A stretch of DNA of 64,000 bases, from NCBI GenBank assembly GCA_028534125.1, contig CM052817.1:102922001-102986000 (forward strand), written 5' to 3'. Made by a program: the position numbers and the translations under genes. The stretch comes from Lama glama. Lineage: Eukaryota. The notes under the pieces were generated by a model. The model did no database searches and was not told where the DNA came from. It worked only from the letters and a program-made list of their open reading frames with translations. Below are positions 60,721-64,000 of the stretch, one piece after another; position 1 is the stretch's first letter, and every line of letters begins with the position of its first letter.

Positions 60721-63700
60721 GTGTTAGCCGCAGTGTCCGGAAGAAGGTGAAACTCAGCCTTTCATTTTGGTCCTTAGGTAAGGGGCTGACTTGCATGTTG
60801 GATTGTACAGACAGTAAATGTTTCCCTTAAAACATCCAATGTGTTTTTCTGGACATAATTCTTTTATTCATTTTGAAGTGACTATTTGAGCATGGAGGCT
60901 AAGAGAGACTCAGACGTGGGTGGATGTGAGCAGAAAAAGGAGAAGAAACGGAGAAGTAGTTTTTGTATTTTGAGGACATTTGTTTTAAGAAAAAAATGTT
61001 ATATTTTCTATAAATGCCTTCAGAATTAAAGCTTTTTTGAAATATAAATGTTCTCTCTATGGGAGACCAGGAGAAATTATAGGAAATTGAAATAGACATG
61101 ATGCAAAAAACCTGATAAATGTGGATAAATATGTATGACTTCTCTCCTTGTGAATACTTGTAACAGCCACTGCAACTGGTTATCTTCAGCTGTATTATAG
61201 TCCTGTTTACAAAGCACCAGATGCCAACACCTGCCGGGTGATTTTCAAACATGCAATTATATATCTAAAAGTATATTTGTTTTGTTCTAATACTAAAGCA
61301 ACTTCAACCTGCTTGTGAACTCTTAATTTACTCTATTTCCAGAATTAGGAAAAAATATAGGATTGCATGTGATGGAACTTTTAAACACTTTTAAATTTCA
61401 TCCGCCAACTCCAGTTTAAACAATGTCAGAATCCAATGGCATTAATGGTTAGACAAACTCAACATTAGGTAATATTGTTGACACCTTTTTATGTGTATAG
61501 TATGTCCCAAACATTGTAAGCTAAAACTGAGACATATATGGTAAGTTAAAATGGATGTTGATTTTTTTATTTAATGGCAGTCTGTTTAATATCAGTGTGA
61601 GTGGAATGCTATCCCTTCTTATAAACAAATGTATGCAAGAATCATTATTGCTTAGGCATAAAGAAAACGCAAGTCACAAGTTACCTTTCCCTCTTCCCTG
61701 GCATCCGGTAGTAGTCTCCCATTGAGATTTAAACTCAGGACCTCCAGAGAACAGATGGTAGAGAACTTATCTTCTTGCTGATCACAGCACGGGGCGTAAC
61801 TTGGTCTGATAATCCAGTCACTTGAAATATAATGCTCCTTTTAGTCTTCCACTTGCCTCTGTTTTTCAGATAAATACTCTGTTTTTGTAAATCAGTGATA
61901 AATATTTCATTTCTACTTGGCCTACCCTCACAAACTGACCTGGAGCACATAAAACCAACAGAAATAATCTCTTTTGTTGTTAGATTTAGGTTAGGCTGGT
62001 AGCATGTAATCAGCGATCCAGATTTCTTCCTTCTGGTATTTTTTTGTCAAGCAACTTTACTTCAAGTTGCACGTATAAGTTTTGCTGAGGACAAAGTAAA
62101 CAGAATAAATGCGATGGAGAATCACTAAGATAGATGCTATGATCTAAATGAGTCCTCATTTTCAACAAGAAAATAATGACTCTGCTAAAAAATGGTAATG
62201 GATTTTTTTTCTTCTCATTTTTCCCTCAGACTTTTTAGGGTGTCTTGTGCTGATTAAGATCAAAGAGTGGGTATTTAATTGGTACTAGTATTTCTCTTCA
62301 TTCCTTTCTCAAGCACATAGATCTACATTCATCATGCAAGTGCATATTTTAAACTGCGATAGAATCTCCTTCTAAAAGGCAGGGGGGTTTGAAAACAAAA
62401 TAGAAACAGAGAACTATAACAACAATGATCATAGAAACTTGTTATCACTGGATGTTATTAAAACTTGGCCAGATTTTCAACCAGTTCATAGTATGCTTGG
62501 AAGAAAGATATAAAAAGGTGAGAAAGAAAAAAAAAATCAAAGGAAGTCTTTGGAGAGTACCACTTGACTTACACTCTTCAAAGAACATTGACCATAGTAT
62601 GTGAAAGAAAACAATCATATCAGAAATCACATAATTTTCACTCAGGGTCTAATGAACAACGTGGGAATGATCTACTAAAGAAAAGAAACAAACATAAAAG
62701 TGAGCATTTAAACAATTATCCTCATTAATTCAACTCAAAGACTTGCTAGAGCAGAAAGTATGTTCAAATATGTCAGAGGATGCTCACAAATGTGGCACCT
62801 GGCCAGAATCCTTGCTGGAGGAATATTATTCACAGTTGGGGTCAGGGGAATAGCTTAATCAACGTACAAAGAGAAGGTGGAGAGTAGGGATCCACAGACA
62901 AATGGTATGAAGAAGAAAACATTACTTTTGACTTGTTTATTCTTACATTTGCAGAGACTATCCAATTTTCATTAGCTATTTCTGAAAGAAGCAATGGAGG
63001 CAATGCCTTGCTGCTTCTAGAAAGAAAATGTGTTTGTCGTTGTCTCATGGTATGTTATTGTGGCAAATGCTGGTCAAGTGGCCTTTGTGAGTTATGTTTC
63101 ATTCACGATGCGTTAGAAACAATGTACAGATTCCATCTAGAAAAAGTAATTTCTATAGGAGAGCTCTCTTCTTTTTCAGTTTCACTTTTGGTAATAAAGA
63201 TATTCAAATCTATATATTAAACACCGTTTTTAAACAGGGCCATTTGGCAAAAAAATCAGAAACTTTTCTAAATTAATGTCTCTTCATAGGTGCTAAAATA
63301 TGGTTGGGATTCTGTGCTTCACGGTAAATGACTTGTATCAAACATGATTTTTAAGGCATTTTTAGGGTTAAATTTTCACTGTGCAACTTTTAGGAGTTTA
63401 ATTCATAATAGAATTAATATTTTAATACTTTAATAATAACTACAGCAGCCTTGGAAATCATCTATTTCTATTCAATGCACATGAGTTGAATTCTCCTAGA
63501 CAAAATCTGACTTCATAAGCCCTTCAGCTTTGCCCTAAAATTCACATATCACATCAAAATATTGCAAGCAAAAATTCTAGTTTCAAAAACAGTCTCTTAA
63601 AATCACACTGGGATTTTAACATAAGACAATGATATAAACATTGATGACGTCATGATAGGAAGCAACTGTAAAGCAGATAATTTTGTTTAAGAAGTAACAC

Positions 63701-64000
63701 AGGTCAAAATGATTTATACAGATAGCATATCACAGATAACACTGAGCATAACTCCTGTATAAAACAAATACCTACTGTTGTCACAGCTGGGAGAGTGACC
63801 TTTTCAACTTTCTGAGGCTCCGCCTTGGTGAATTATTGGCAATTTCCTCACTATTGGGAAAGCATCCTCTTCCTCAGCCCATGTTCTTTCTCCTTCTTTC
63901 TATATCCGTGTACGTAGTAACCGAATAAAAACAGGACTACTGGCTCATGGAATGTTTCTGCTGTGCAAACCACAGGTTTTAACCAAAATCTGGAATCTTT

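Noticed and set aside
1..64000. Novel multi-gene, prokaryote-type system (CRISPR, operon, defence island)
   Set aside because: The sequence is mammalian intron/intergenic DNA. There are no gene-dense segments, repeat-spacer arrays, or intact transposase/RT ORFs.

Overview
This is AT-rich mammalian genomic DNA, very probably camelid (Camelus/Lama/Vicugna), judged from several tRNA-Ala-derived Vic-1-type SINEs. The only protein-coding sequence I can support is coding exon 1 of TLL1 (tolloid-like 1 metalloprotease) on the minus strand at 19954-20122, inside a CpG-island promoter at about 19.2-21.0 kb. Positions 1-19953 are the 5' part of TLL1 intron 1. Positions above about 21 kb are upstream intergenic DNA with L1, L2, MIR, hAT and LTR fossils, and a 500-N scaffold gap at 52427-52926. 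I see no new multi-gene system. The most interesting observations are: (1) an apparent burst of AT-to-GC amino-acid-changing substitutions in TLL1 exon 1, resembling GC-biased gene conversion; (2) a 5' leader with seven upstream AUGs and a candidate 141-nt intron; (3) an ancient CR1/L3 reverse-transcriptase fossil still colinear in one frame; (4) a (CG)n(CA)n Z-DNA tract upstream of the promoter; (5) several candidate cis-elements. Repeat family names and the human TLL1 comparison come from recalled consensus sequences, not from searches, and repeat boundaries are approximate.
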